The position numbers and the translations under genes were made by a program. A DNA stretch of 44,240 nucleotides. Origin: a virus. Location of the stretch: IMG/VR virus record IMGVR_UViG_3300044560_000016; one strand, given 5' to 3'. Numbering within the stretch: position 1 is the stretch's first letter; each line of letters begins with the position of its first letter. A model generated the notes under the pieces. That model did not search any database, had not been told where the DNA came from, and saw only the letters and a list, made by a program, of their open reading frames with translations. Positions 25,001 through 33,316 of this stretch are shown one piece after another.

Positions 25001-25186
25001 AACACCACCAGTCATAGATTTGAACATACTATTAGATGATTTGCTTGCACCTTGAAATGCATCACCACTTAAAGCACTTTTTAATTTACTAAAACCACTC
25101 TGCCCTTTTGAAAGCCCTGCGGCTAACTTGCTTAATGGAGCACTAAAGGCATCATTAATCTTAATTGTTGCGCTTATTTCAGCCAT
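22067..25186 (-). CDS. Tail tape measure protein with a long hydrophobic periodic core
   Basis: 1039 aa, directly after the frameshifted chaperone pair; Ala/Met/Leu/Gly-rich central region. Confidence 0.85.
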   Translation of the reverse strand: MAEISATIKINDAFSAPLSKLAAGLSKGQSGFSKLKSALSGDAFQGASKSSNSMFKSMTGGVVVGNLISKGMDLARSGISSMLGELNEASTSWQTFEGNMRQIGASNTQIARAKSDMQKFAQQTIYSASDMSSTYAQLAAVGTKNTAQLVKGFGGLASAANDPQQAMKTLSEQATQMAAKPKVQWQDFKLMLEQTPAGMSAVAKTMHTNLTGLIKDIQDGKVKTQDFLNAVAKTGTNANFSKMATQYKTVGQAMDGLKETLANGVIDQYQKLSKIGINVVSGLTDKISNFNWDAMGDGLVNAINYIQPIFERLQLGLSDFFEGLSSSGVGDSLINMLKDIADAVLDVTNTLNEGNGGGSFFKQLGSLTGGALSSVAKAISGIAQAIGQIDPNSLMSLARAFIVLKGGLKGIAIMAIVKGLQQLNNLSPGTIEGIASALTKMAYAFVILKAARKGFQMLKGIHDAFSSIKGIRAPKMATPEVPQAGGIAQSAGAYLKLGAALLMVGGAVVLAAAGFKLLADAATQLASGGGATIATFFGMVAAIAALAVVVRLLGPAMIGASAGFLMFAAALLIIGAAIFVASAGITMLATQLPIISQYGLSAAVGLLALAGAIAVFGVGALVAAVGVVVLGAGLIVLAAGLMIAAVGALLFGVALTLIAAMSLVAGAGLMIMAVAMVMIAPMTLIAAVGMMLLAVAMVMIAPMAMIAAVGMLMLSMALILVGPMAMVAAVGLMLLASASMMLAAGLAAVAAAAMMTAAAIVAVGTAVMTMVSMFIMAGSMMVSAITSAMSRVVSAVSSGIQAAVSAARGFAGALVGVGRDLIQGLINGITSMIGAAVSAVSKVASSVVSAAKGLLHIGSPSRLFRQYGRWVDQGLIIGLNKDAGAAADASANMAQGVVDAASGMHPVIGAPEMDQFNTGDLLADGFNRAKDSIYDLVSAITGLNGKTANVGILSSITGNQNFNEKSIDGSNLGTGSNAITPASVLSSNSSTANTNNNQSVTIQSGAITINSSGNPEEDADALLDKLEEKIMEQADKSLS
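22935..23400. repeat. Degenerate 63-bp (21-codon) periodicity inside the tape measure gene
   Basis: The actgcggc/acagcggc motif recurs at 22998, 23061, 23124, 23250 and 23376 (multiples of 63). Protein units include AVAMVMIAPMTLIAAVGMMLL and AVAMVMIAPMAMIAAVGMLML. Confidence 0.75.
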
Positions 25187-25223
25187 AAATTACCTCCTTT
25201 CTTTTAAAAAATTGCAAAAGAAA

Positions 25224-25283
25224 AAAGGCACGCCAAAGCATACCTTTGCTTAAAAATATTAGATATGTTTTCTGCGTGCCTTT
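25224..25283 (-). terminator. Long-range hairpin plus T-run between the chaperone and the tape measure gene (terminator/attenuator candidate)
   Basis: aaaggcacgc (25224-25233) pairs with gcgtgccttt (25274-25283), nested caaag/ctttg stem; the minus-strand 3' flank is T-rich. Confidence 0.4.
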
Positions 25284-25875
25284 CTTTTTGCCTCGTTTTC
25301 TTGTCTCTTTTCGTCTCTAGTTCTGATCTGAATAGATGCAATCACAATGGATTTTTCACGAATGCTCAAATCAGCCCATTGTTTTGGTGTCCAGTGGTAT
25401 TCCTGCAATACATAATGATATATTGCAAAGTCTCCCACTGAATCCTCAATTAATTTTTTGCTGTTTCAATTAAATCATCAGGATTATCAGCATCTTCATT
25501 CATACCTGAAGCATCCATAACAGCATCAGATAACTTACTATATTCACCTACATAAAGCATTTTCTTTAAAAGCTTTGCAGGATCACCTAAACAGCCCCAT
25601 GACTTTTGAAGTTGCTCATTTTGTAAATCTGGAGAAACCACACTTGCAGTTAAAGTTAATTCTGCTACCTTGTTTTGATCTGTTTCTGATTCATACTGAT
25701 GAGTTCTTCTATTAAGAACTCTTCTAGTAGCTTGTTTACGAATTTCAGAAATTTCTTCTGCATCAAGTCCTCTAATCTTAAAAGGAGATTTAAACCGCTT
25801 GAGTTTAACTTCTTCTTCTCTATTAGGACTGCCTACATTTTCCATCAAGAAATCTTTAATATTTGTTTCTGCCAT
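25259..25875 (-). CDS. Tail assembly chaperone, -1 frameshift extended product (G-T analogue)
   Basis: Slippery A_AAA_AAT at 25453-25459. The -1 frame stays open as KKLIEDSVGDFAIYHYVLQEYHWTPKQWADLSIREKSIVIASIQIRTRDEKRQENEAKRKARRKHI*. Confidence 0.7.
25450..25875 (-). CDS. Tail assembly chaperone (XkdN-like), zero-frame product
   Basis: 141-aa ORF between the tube and tape measure genes. Confidence 0.7.
   Translation of the reverse strand: MAETNIKDFLMENVGSPNREEEVKLKRFKSPFKIRGLDAEEISEIRKQATRRVLNRRTHQYESETDQNKVAELTLTASVVSPDLQNEQLQKSWGCLGDPAKLLKKMLYVGEYSKLSDAVMDASGMNEDADNPDDLIETAKN
25453..25459 (-). promoter_or_regulatory. Programmed -1 ribosomal frameshift heptamer AAAAAAT
   Basis: X_XXY_YYZ heptamer in the correct phase, 1 codon before the zero-frame stop. 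Confidence 0.65.
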
Positions 25876-25885
25876 TGTTTAACTC

Positions 25886-26356
25886 CTATTTAATACCATC
25901 AAATTCTTGAACTAATTCAAATCCTTCAAAAGTGAAGTCTGTTTCGTAGTCCATAACCCCATCATCAGCTTCAAAATCAACAACTGGAATATCATCCAAG
26001 TTAACATTCTTAAGAAGAACAGTTTGAGTACCAGTTCTTGAAGTAGGATCATGAATAGTTAAAGTTAATTCAAAGTAAAGATCTCCACCTTGTTGCGTAT
26101 AAGGAACAGCGTACTTAAGCCAATTGGAATTAATGATATATCCACCCAAAGTACCAGTACCTTCAACAGAAGTGGTTTTCTTCATCTTCCAGTGATTACC
26201 TAAAACTTGAACATCTTCCTTGTTCTTTTCCATCTTAATGGTCAATTTATTACATTCGATCATGTTAATAATTCGGCCGTTAATATTAAGGAATATTTTC
26301 GCATCCTTAGTAGAAATGGTATCTCTACCACTTAATAAGTGATCTACATCCGCCAT
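25886..26356 (-). CDS. Tail tube protein (XkdM-like)
   Basis: 156 aa directly after the sheath gene. Confidence 0.75.
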   Translation of the reverse strand: MADVDHLLSGRDTISTKDAKIFLNINGRIINMIECNKLTIKMEKNKEDVQVLGNHWKMKKTTSVEGTGTLGGYIINSNWLKYAVPYTQQGGDLYFELTLTIHDPTSRTGTQTVLLKNVNLDDIPVVDFEADDGVMDYETDFTFEGFELVQEFDGIK

Positions 26357-26367
26357 CTAGTTTCCTC

Positions 26368-27828
26368 CTATCTTACGATTAAGTTGACATAAAGTTTTTC
26401 CATTGCGTCAACTGGTGTTACATACAGTTCCATCAATACAGCGTCTTTTTCGTCACCTTGAGAAAGAGTTAAATCAGAATTTTCAAAATCACGAATCATG
26501 TTTTGATTTTGTAAGCCTGTTAAATAACCAATTCTGTTAGCCTTGAAGACATTTCTACCAGCTTCATTATTTGAAACCTTACCTAAAAAACTAGTTTCAA
26601 ACGTTTGAGTAGTATTAGTACAAATTTCATCAAGTGTTCTAATAATTCTGTTTTTGCTAAAGTCTTTAGATTTTTCGCTAGTAAACTTAGTGAGTGAGTT
26701 AATGTCCTGTTCAATCACTACTCGACTGCCAGCCCGTGTGGTAAACACAATTTGTCCAGCATTTAATGCTTCAATGGTCTTATCATTATTCAACTTAGGT
26801 CTAGCTTCTGCAGCATCATCAAGTTGAGTGTAAGTTAATGCTTGATCTGGTGTAGCACTTGCACTCATACCAGCAAATCTAGCAGCAGCAATATTAGGAG
26901 TAATTACAGTACCATCATTAAGTACGTAACCGTTAAGGACGGTTGAAACACCTTCATAGTTGTAAACTGCACCTTGTTCATTAGGAACAACAGCACGTAC
27001 TTTGATACCAACGTTTTCACGTAAAAGCTTAATTTCTTCAACTAAAAGTTTATGAATGTTACTTGATTCATCCCAACCTGCAGTAGTTGCTACAGCATAG
27101 AATTCATTTTCCAAGTAATCATTCATATCATCTACTACCTTGTTGGTACCATTGGTACCACCAGCTAGAGAAACATTAGCGGCATTTTGAGTTAAGCCAT
27201 TAAAGATTGCGGTATAGAGTGGATATTCTCCCTTGCCATTCAATTCCTTAGTAACATCTGCCGGATTAGTACCAAAAGTAATATCTACATAGTCATTATG
27301 TACTTCTAATTGATCTTCCTTAGTTAATTCAGCTGCGGCAATTGCATCGGCGCTTGCCTTTGGTAAAGTGATTTTTACTTGATCAACTTGCTTAGTACCA
27401 AAGATAGTAGTTACGATTACATCTTGAGTATTAGCACTATCAGCTAAAGGAGCAGGAGCAAAACTAACACTAATGTTGTTACCTTGTTCACCTTCATACT
27501 TAGCATTAATAGTGTAAACACCATCTTTTTTAGCTGTGGCCTTAACACCACCATCAAAATCATTTAAAAGTAATACTGTTTCAGCATCCTTCAAAGCTTC
27601 ATAAACTGGAGCCAATACCTTGTCAGTATTCTTATGGCCAGTCAAAGCAGTGAAATCACTGGTAGCAGTTAATTCAATGATACCTTTCTTACCCCAGCCT
27701 AAAGGCTTGTTTTGGAACATCAATAAACGTCCTAATGGTGTGGTTAAAACCGGCTTGCCATCACCACGAACGTTGATGTAGACACCAGGACGACGCTTAT
27801 TCTGAATTCTCCAAGTTCCACCTGCCAT
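26368..27828 (-). CDS. Contractile tail sheath protein (XkdK-like)
   Basis: 486 aa, N-terminal MAGGTWRIQNKRRPGVYINV typical of sheath proteins. Confidence 0.8.
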   Translation of the reverse strand: MAGGTWRIQNKRRPGVYINVRGDGKPVLTTPLGRLLMFQNKPLGWGKKGIIELTATSDFTALTGHKNTDKVLAPVYEALKDAETVLLLNDFDGGVKATAKKDGVYTINAKYEGEQGNNISVSFAPAPLADSANTQDVIVTTIFGTKQVDQVKITLPKASADAIAAAELTKEDQLEVHNDYVDITFGTNPADVTKELNGKGEYPLYTAIFNGLTQNAANVSLAGGTNGTNKVVDDMNDYLENEFYAVATTAGWDESSNIHKLLVEEIKLLRENVGIKVRAVVPNEQGAVYNYEGVSTVLNGYVLNDGTVITPNIAAARFAGMSASATPDQALTYTQLDDAAEARPKLNNDKTIEALNAGQIVFTTRAGSRVVIEQDINSLTKFTSEKSKDFSKNRIIRTLDEICTNTTQTFETSFLGKVSNNEAGRNVFKANRIGYLTGLQNQNMIRDFENSDLTLSQGDEKDAVLMELYVTPVDAMEKLYVNLIVR

Positions 27829-27831
27829 GAA

Positions 27832-28035
27832 CTACATACCTCCTTTAAAATCTTCAATTGCTTTCTTAGCTTCAGCAATCGTATAAGTTTTGTTGTCTTC
27901 TAAAGCGGCATTAATAATTGCCGTGTTGTTTGTTCCAGGGAATAAACCAGCTTGCTTAATTTGAGCTTTAGTATACTCAACTTCGGCGCGCTTAACTTTG
28001 GGGTTATTCCCTGTTGTTTCCTTTTGTTCTTGCAT
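27832..28035 (-). CDS. Hypothetical small protein
   Basis: 67-aa ORF upstream of the sheath gene. Confidence 0.4.
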   Translation of the reverse strand: MQEQKETTGNNPKVKRAEVEYTKAQIKQAGLFPGTNNTAIINAALEDNKTYTIAEAKKAIEDFKGGM

Positions 28036-28429
28036 TTAAATCTAAACTCCTTTGTTTCAGTGAAAGATCTGGTTTATACATCCGTAAAACGAGATCAAAA
28101 TCATACGTCAACGTATGTTCATTAGTATCTACACTGAATTCACGATTTCTTAAATAAGCAAAATCAGGCAATACAGTTAGATTGTCCATTAGCAGTGCTT
28201 CCATCTCATCTAATGCTTCATTAGCATTTTCTTCTGGTGGAAAATAAACCACTTGAAATGGCATTTTTCTAACTTCATAATCAAAAAGTTCTGGCTTTAG
28301 AGTTGTATTTCCTGCTCTGCCTATAAAAAAACACGGTTCATCAAACCCATTAGGTTGATTCTCCGTGTAAATTGTTGTGTTCGGTGAGATACGAGCTAAC
28401 TCATCCGCTATTCTTTCAATTATTGTCAT
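28004..28429 (-). CDS. Tail completion / terminator-position protein
   Basis: 141 aa, by synteny only. Confidence 0.4.
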   Translation of the reverse strand: MTIIERIADELARISPNTTIYTENQPNGFDEPCFFIGRAGNTTLKPELFDYEVRKMPFQVVYFPPEENANEALDEMEALLMDNLTVLPDFAYLRNREFSVDTNEHTLTYDFDLVLRMYKPDLSLKQRSLDLNARTKGNNRE

Positions 28430-28827
28430 GATAGTAAATCCCTAAAAGCCCATAAGCCAGGTGTTATCAATTCAGGCAGTTGGGAGTTTATCGCATTCAA
28501 GGAATTCTTCATAAAGAATTGACCTGGTACCCAGTTCTTACCGCCACGAGTTCTGTGCCCTTTTTCAACATAGGAAGCATACTCTGTAGGATTGCTTACT
28601 TTAACAATCCAACCGCCACCACTTACAGAAGGGCCTTCTGCAGTCCAAGCTTTACGTAAAGCCCCAGTATCAACCGGTGTATTAGTCTTAAGCGTTCTAA
28701 TTGCTTGTACACCAATACGTTTAGTACTTTGACCAATTTCTTCTTTAAGTTGGCCACTATTAATTCTTCCTTTAACACGACTAGCCCAAGCTTGAAACTC
28801 TGCATCATCAACAGTTCCCAAACTCAT
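28426..28827 (-). CDS. HK97 gp10-family head-tail joining protein
   Basis: NTPVDTGALRKAW motif. Confidence 0.6.
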   Translation of the reverse strand: MSLGTVDDAEFQAWASRVKGRINSGQLKEEIGQSTKRIGVQAIRTLKTNTPVDTGALRKAWTAEGPSVSGGGWIVKVSNPTEYASYVEKGHRTRGGKNWVPGQFFMKNSLNAINSQLPELITPGLWAFRDLLS

Positions 28828-29186
28828 GCTTTTTCATCCCTTACCATTGCTATTTCTTGATGTGAATAATAGCCAGAATATCCCTTGCTAGAACGCTTAT
28901 ATTTAGTAGTTTTACCGTTTTGATCAGTAATATAAATAACCGCTCCAGCAGGAATATCAATGCCATTACGAATCAATATTTTAGCATCTGCTTCATCAGT
29001 ACCAAAAATAGTTTGAGTACTTGCAGATTGTCCTTTAAGAACCACCTTACAAGGCTCATCTTCCACAATTGTGGTTTCAACACTATTAGTAATGTGGTTT
29101 TTAGTCACTTTCTTAGTACCAGTGATCTTTGCTTTATCTGTCCATAACAATGAAACTACCCTTTTTAAACCTTCAAATTGGTTCAT
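28824..29186 (-). CDS. Head closure / head-tail adaptor protein
   Basis: 120 aa, by synteny. Confidence 0.45.
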   Translation of the reverse strand: MNQFEGLKRVVSLLWTDKAKITGTKKVTKNHITNSVETTIVEDEPCKVVLKGQSASTQTIFGTDEADAKILIRNGIDIPAGAVIYITDQNGKTTKYKRSSKGYSGYYSHQEIAMVRDEKA

Positions 29187-29554
29187 TCTGGTAGCCTCCT
29201 GAAGTTATTTAAGATATTAGTGTAATTATCCGTAATAGGATTTAAACCTTGCAGAGCTAAATAAATATCACTCACAGGCTTAAAGGTTACACTGGTATCA
29301 CCTTCATTTAGTGATTGAATGTTAGCAGCACTCTCACCATCAAGAAATCCATTTACTTTAATTGCTTGAACTGCCATGTTAACTACTACAGTAGATAATT
29401 CATTAGGCAGTTCATCAATTGGAATATTACAATAATTAGCAATATCATTCATGATCTTATCAACTGTAAAATCAATGATTTTATCATAATTAGGATTTTC
29501 ATTGTTGTTAGGAATTAACAATTTAACTTGATCAACAATGTGTTCTTTATTCAT
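29183..29554 (-). CDS. gp6-like head-tail connector protein
   Basis: 123 aa immediately after the capsid gene. Confidence 0.55.
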   Translation of the reverse strand: MNKEHIVDQVKLLIPNNNENPNYDKIIDFTVDKIMNDIANYCNIPIDELPNELSTVVVNMAVQAIKVNGFLDGESAANIQSLNEGDTSVTFKPVSDIYLALQGLNPITDNYTNILNNFRRLPE

Positions 29555-29569
29555 CCAATCACCGCTTTA

Positions 29570-30649
29570 CTATTTTACTAAAGCTAACAAATCTGATTTC
29601 GCGGTCTTACCGGTGTAATCAATATGGTGCTTATCTAAGTAGGCCTTGATTTCTTCAACAGTGTTAGCATCTGTTGGCTTTACATCAGCAGTATCGGCTT
29701 TCTTGCCAAACTTTGATGAATCTGATAAGTCCTTAACACCAGTAGCATCACTAACAACAGCTTCATAACCTTTAGTCTTAGTACTCAACATAAGAACATC
29801 ATCATATGATTGTTCATAGTACAAGTAATTACCTGAAGTTAAAGCAGATGGTTGGTCAAATCCCACGAATGAATATTTCTCAGGTGCAATTTGAATACCA
29901 TTACTAATCAAGAACATATCAATTTGCTTTGCATCTGCTTTCATCTTTGAGCCAGTAGTGAAATCAAACGCAGTTTGCATTAAATCTGATGGAACAACAT
30001 GAATAGCATCTACTTCATCTAATGAGTGAACAGTACGAGTAATAGCTGAAGGATCAGAAATCACAATAGTGCGGTTCATAGCATCTGCACGCTTCAACAT
30101 TGAATTCATCTTTGGAGTTACATAAAGAATACGACCTTCAGCAGGAATACGAGCTTCATCGAAGTTACTCATCATTTCATCGAATAACTTAAGAATGTTC
30201 TTTTCATCAATTGATTCAGTGTGAATACCATCATCACCATCATAGTGAACCTTTTGTTGATAAAGCTTTGAGAACATTTCACGGTCTTTTTCAGGCATCT
30301 TTGAATCCAAATTAAATTGTCTAGTGATGTTAGCAATTGAAACCACCATATCAGTTTCATCAACATCCAATGGATCTACAAGAGTACTCCAGTAACGTTC
30401 GTTGGTTAATTCATATGAATCCCAATCATTGCTGTAGTTAGCTTCAAAATCTGTAATAGTTCTACGTGTGCGATCTTGACGACCTGCAGTAATGGTTAAA
30501 CGTGCTACTTTAATATGTTTTGCTCCATCAAACTTAACCATTGAGTTAGATGGTGAGTTCCATAAATCTGCACTATATAAGTGACCATCATAAAAAGCTT
30601 GTTGCACAGCACTTTGGTATGCATCAGCATAGTTAATAACTTCTGCCAT
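29570..30649 (-). CDS. Major capsid protein with a C-terminal HeH/Rho_N-like motif
   Basis: 359 aa after the scaffold gene; C-terminal TVEEIKAYLDKHHIDYTGKTAKSDLLALVK. Confidence 0.7.
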   Translation of the reverse strand: MAEVINYADAYQSAVQQAFYDGHLYSADLWNSPSNSMVKFDGAKHIKVARLTITAGRQDRTRRTITDFEANYSNDWDSYELTNERYWSTLVDPLDVDETDMVVSIANITRQFNLDSKMPEKDREMFSKLYQQKVHYDGDDGIHTESIDEKNILKLFDEMMSNFDEARIPAEGRILYVTPKMNSMLKRADAMNRTIVISDPSAITRTVHSLDEVDAIHVVPSDLMQTAFDFTTGSKMKADAKQIDMFLISNGIQIAPEKYSFVGFDQPSALTSGNYLYYEQSYDDVLMLSTKTKGYEAVVSDATGVKDLSDSSKFGKKADTADVKPTDANTVEEIKAYLDKHHIDYTGKTAKSDLLALVK

Positions 30650-30663
30650 TTAATAAATCTCCT

Positions 30664-31203
30664 TTATTTCTTAAAAACATCAACCATAGCTTGAACTGGA
30701 TCAGTATTAGCAGGTGTTCCATTACTTGGTTCATAGTTCTGCTTAGTACCTTCATCAAAAATGTATGGAGCTGTTTTGTGAATTTCCTTAATTTGTTCAT
30801 CCAGTCCTGAAAGGTTACCTTGTTCGTCAAGCTTAACCTTATTCATATCCAAGAAACCTTTAATAGCTTTAGTATCTCTGACCTTACTTGCACTTAAAGC
30901 ACGATCAACAGCACTAGTAAGACGTGTTTGATTTAACTTATTAGTAAGATCTGCAGTATCATTCTTATACTTGTTTTGTAATTCCTTGTATGAGTTTGAT
31001 AATTCTTCATTATCCTTAGCATTCTTACGTAAATTCTTTAAATCTTTATCACGTTCAGCCATTTGAGCTTTTAAAGCCTTGTTTTCTTCAACAATTGCAT
31101 CATTACCAGACTTAGCATTATTAATATCTTCACCGTTTAAGTCCATAACAGCTTTAATTTGATCTTCATCAAGTCCTAAATCTTTAAGTTGATTTCTTTT
31201 CAT
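30664..31203 (-). CDS. Capsid scaffolding protein
   Basis: 179-aa charged coiled-coil protein upstream of the capsid gene. Confidence 0.7.
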   Translation of the reverse strand: MKRNQLKDLGLDEDQIKAVMDLNGEDINNAKSGNDAIVEENKALKAQMAERDKDLKNLRKNAKDNEELSNSYKELQNKYKNDTADLTNKLNQTRLTSAVDRALSASKVRDTKAIKGFLDMNKVKLDEQGNLSGLDEQIKEIHKTAPYIFDEGTKQNYEPSNGTPANTDPVQAMVDVFKK

Positions 31204-31301
31204 ATAAATTCTCCTTACCTTTTACACGCTTTAATACGAGACCGCCCCTCACAAGGCATACAAAAAGAGCAGTTTTACGACTTACTCAGGTCAAACAATT
31301 A

Positions 31302-31478
31302 TTAATGTAATGTCCAATAAACATTAATTCCAAAAGTATCTTTCATAAAATGAACAAACCACACATTTATTAGAGTTCCTATAACTGAAAGTACTACAAA
31401 AGCAATCACTACAAGTAAGACTTGCAATACAATCGCAAACCATTCACTATATCGGAACTTTTCCCATAGATTTTTCAT
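31302..31478 (-). CDS. Small membrane protein (58 aa), moron-like insert in the head module
   Basis: Manual ORF MKNLWEKFRYSEWFAIVLQVLLVVIAFVVLSVIGTLINVWFVHFMKDTFGINVYWTLH*. Confidence 0.4.
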   Translation of the reverse strand: MKNLWEKFRYSEWFAIVLQVLLVVIAFVVLSVIGTLINVWFVHFMKDTFGINVYWTLH

Positions 31479-31487
31479 AATTTCACC

Positions 31488-31520
31488 AAATAAAAAGAGA
31501 ACCGCTGTTAAACGATTCTC
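31488..31520 (-). terminator. Intrinsic terminator inside the head module
   Basis: Minus-strand gagaatcg-N8-cggttctc stem followed by TTTTTATTT. Confidence 0.55.
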
Positions 31521-31554
31521 TTAATTAAATTCCATAAAATAATAATTACTATGA

Positions 31555-31791
31555 TTATCCTCTGCCATAGACAAAATGTTTTTCTGTAGGATTATTTTTA
31601 ATCATATTAATGACTAGCTTATCAACAAATAACTTAGGATAAACATATTTTAATGACCGTCCAAAGCCTTTGATTTTAGTAGTCCAATCTTTTTTATTAA
31701 TTGTCATGGTGGCAGTTTCTAAATCTGAAGTTAATTTCACAGTCATAGAATTTTTATCATCACTCAATATATCAGCCATTAAAAATTTCAT
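31555..31791 (-). CDS. Hypothetical small protein coupled to the MuF gene
   Basis: 78 aa, ATGA overlap with 31788..33314. Confidence 0.45.
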   Translation of the reverse strand: MKFLMADILSDDKNSMTVKLTSDLETATMTINKKDWTTKIKGFGRSLKYVYPKLFVDKLVINMIKNNPTEKHFVYGRG

Positions 31792-33314
31792 TGTTTATCC
31801 CTTCTTTCTAAGAATTTAGCCAAAGCATTTTGATAATTATAGGATTTATTTGCCTTTAAATGAGCAGCTGTATAATTCATACCCAAATCATCCATATAAT
31901 GGGCTTCTAATGCTTCATGTTGCAACATAATTATATCATGATCTTCAGGTTCTTCTAAAATTAATCGTTGCAAGCTTTCAGCCATATCATAATCAGGTGA
32001 AAATTTTTGATAACTATGTTTACCATTGTTACCAATAAGATCATATTCACTATCAAGAATATGAATTAAAGCTGAATTTACAATACTTCTATTTAAACCT
32101 GATCCTTGAACAATATGTTGTTCAATGTATACTCTATCTGAATTACGTAACTCTTCATAATATCTTTTAGCATGCCTCAAAGCACGGCCATAATCCTTAG
32201 GATCAGACATATTAAGAGCACCACTAATATGAAGTAACTTAGCTAAGCCTAATCTAGTTTTAACCTCAATAAACTTCTTTTTATTAAATGTCTTAGCACC
32301 AGTGGCCTTAGTCCATTCACTGTAAGTCATGTTCCGTGTCCATTTACCTTTACCAGTAATCGGATCACGATACCAACGTGCTGAAATGTCAGGCAAACCT
32401 TTCATATAAGGAACTGTGGTGCATCTGCAGTAGGGATGCATTAAAGGATAATTAATGCCTTCCTTTTCATCCTTAACATTAAAGATACGTTCATCTAAGT
32501 GAGCACAAACATCACATGTATGAGTTTCTAATGTTGCTAAGTATTGATACTGCTCAATATCTGAATCTTTATAGAACTTTGCTGTAGCTTCTTCTGCAGC
32601 ATGTCCCATTTCAGTGACAACTAAACGATGAATATTGGATTTAACCACACCTTGAAACTTATCTCTTAGCATTCGTTCAATACGATTGTAAGAATACCCT
32701 AAAGCAGTTGATCTAAACATTGTATCAGTCAGCACTTCAGGCATAACTTTGGTGTAGTTGTTCCAAATTCTCTTACTAAAATTGCTACCCTTCCAAGGTT
32801 GATAAACGATATCCTTTAACTCTTGTTCATTAAAGTGAGCAAAGTTAACATCTAAGCCACCTACTACTAAATATTTGTTGTAATTTTCTAATAAGTAAGT
32901 ATCTTCATACCGTTTGGCTAAACCAATAGCCATGGTATTCTCTTCATTATCAGCAAATCTAGCGGCTAATTCTTGATATTGTCTGTACAATTCCTGAAGT
33001 CTAGCAATTCTAGTTTTATAGTAAGCAGAGTTTAATTCTTTTTCAAAGCCACCAGCACGAGCCTTAGCTTCAAACTCTGCCAAAGTCATATCAAATTTAG
33101 AAGTATCAATAGAATTTAAATAATCAGCCGCTTGCCTAAGTGACTGATTATTTTCTTTAGCATATTTAGTTACCCATTTCTTGGATTCTTTAATAAATTC
33201 ATTTTCGAGATCCTTAAGACGAGACCGCATAGCAACTTCATATTCAGCATTAGAAGCCATTTCTTTTTGCTTAGCTAAGAGAGCACGTTCCTTCCAGTAT
33301 TCTTGTGAGTTCAT
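31788..33314 (-). CDS. Head morphogenesis protein (SPP1 gp7 / Mu F-like) with a ~165-aa C-terminal extension
   Basis: MuF core ending in CDVCAHLD...HPYCRCTTVPY near aa 300, then an extra domain to aa 508. Confidence 0.75.
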   Translation of the reverse strand: MNSQEYWKERALLAKQKEMASNAEYEVAMRSRLKDLENEFIKESKKWVTKYAKENNQSLRQAADYLNSIDTSKFDMTLAEFEAKARAGGFEKELNSAYYKTRIARLQELYRQYQELAARFADNEENTMAIGLAKRYEDTYLLENYNKYLVVGGLDVNFAHFNEQELKDIVYQPWKGSNFSKRIWNNYTKVMPEVLTDTMFRSTALGYSYNRIERMLRDKFQGVVKSNIHRLVVTEMGHAAEEATAKFYKDSDIEQYQYLATLETHTCDVCAHLDERIFNVKDEKEGINYPLMHPYCRCTTVPYMKGLPDISARWYRDPITGKGKWTRNMTYSEWTKATGAKTFNKKKFIEVKTRLGLAKLLHISGALNMSDPKDYGRALRHAKRYYEELRNSDRVYIEQHIVQGSGLNRSIVNSALIHILDSEYDLIGNNGKHSYQKFSPDYDMAESLQRLILEEPEDHDIIMLQHEALEAHYMDDLGMNYTAAHLKANKSYNYQNALAKFLERRDKQ

Positions 33315-33316
33315 AA

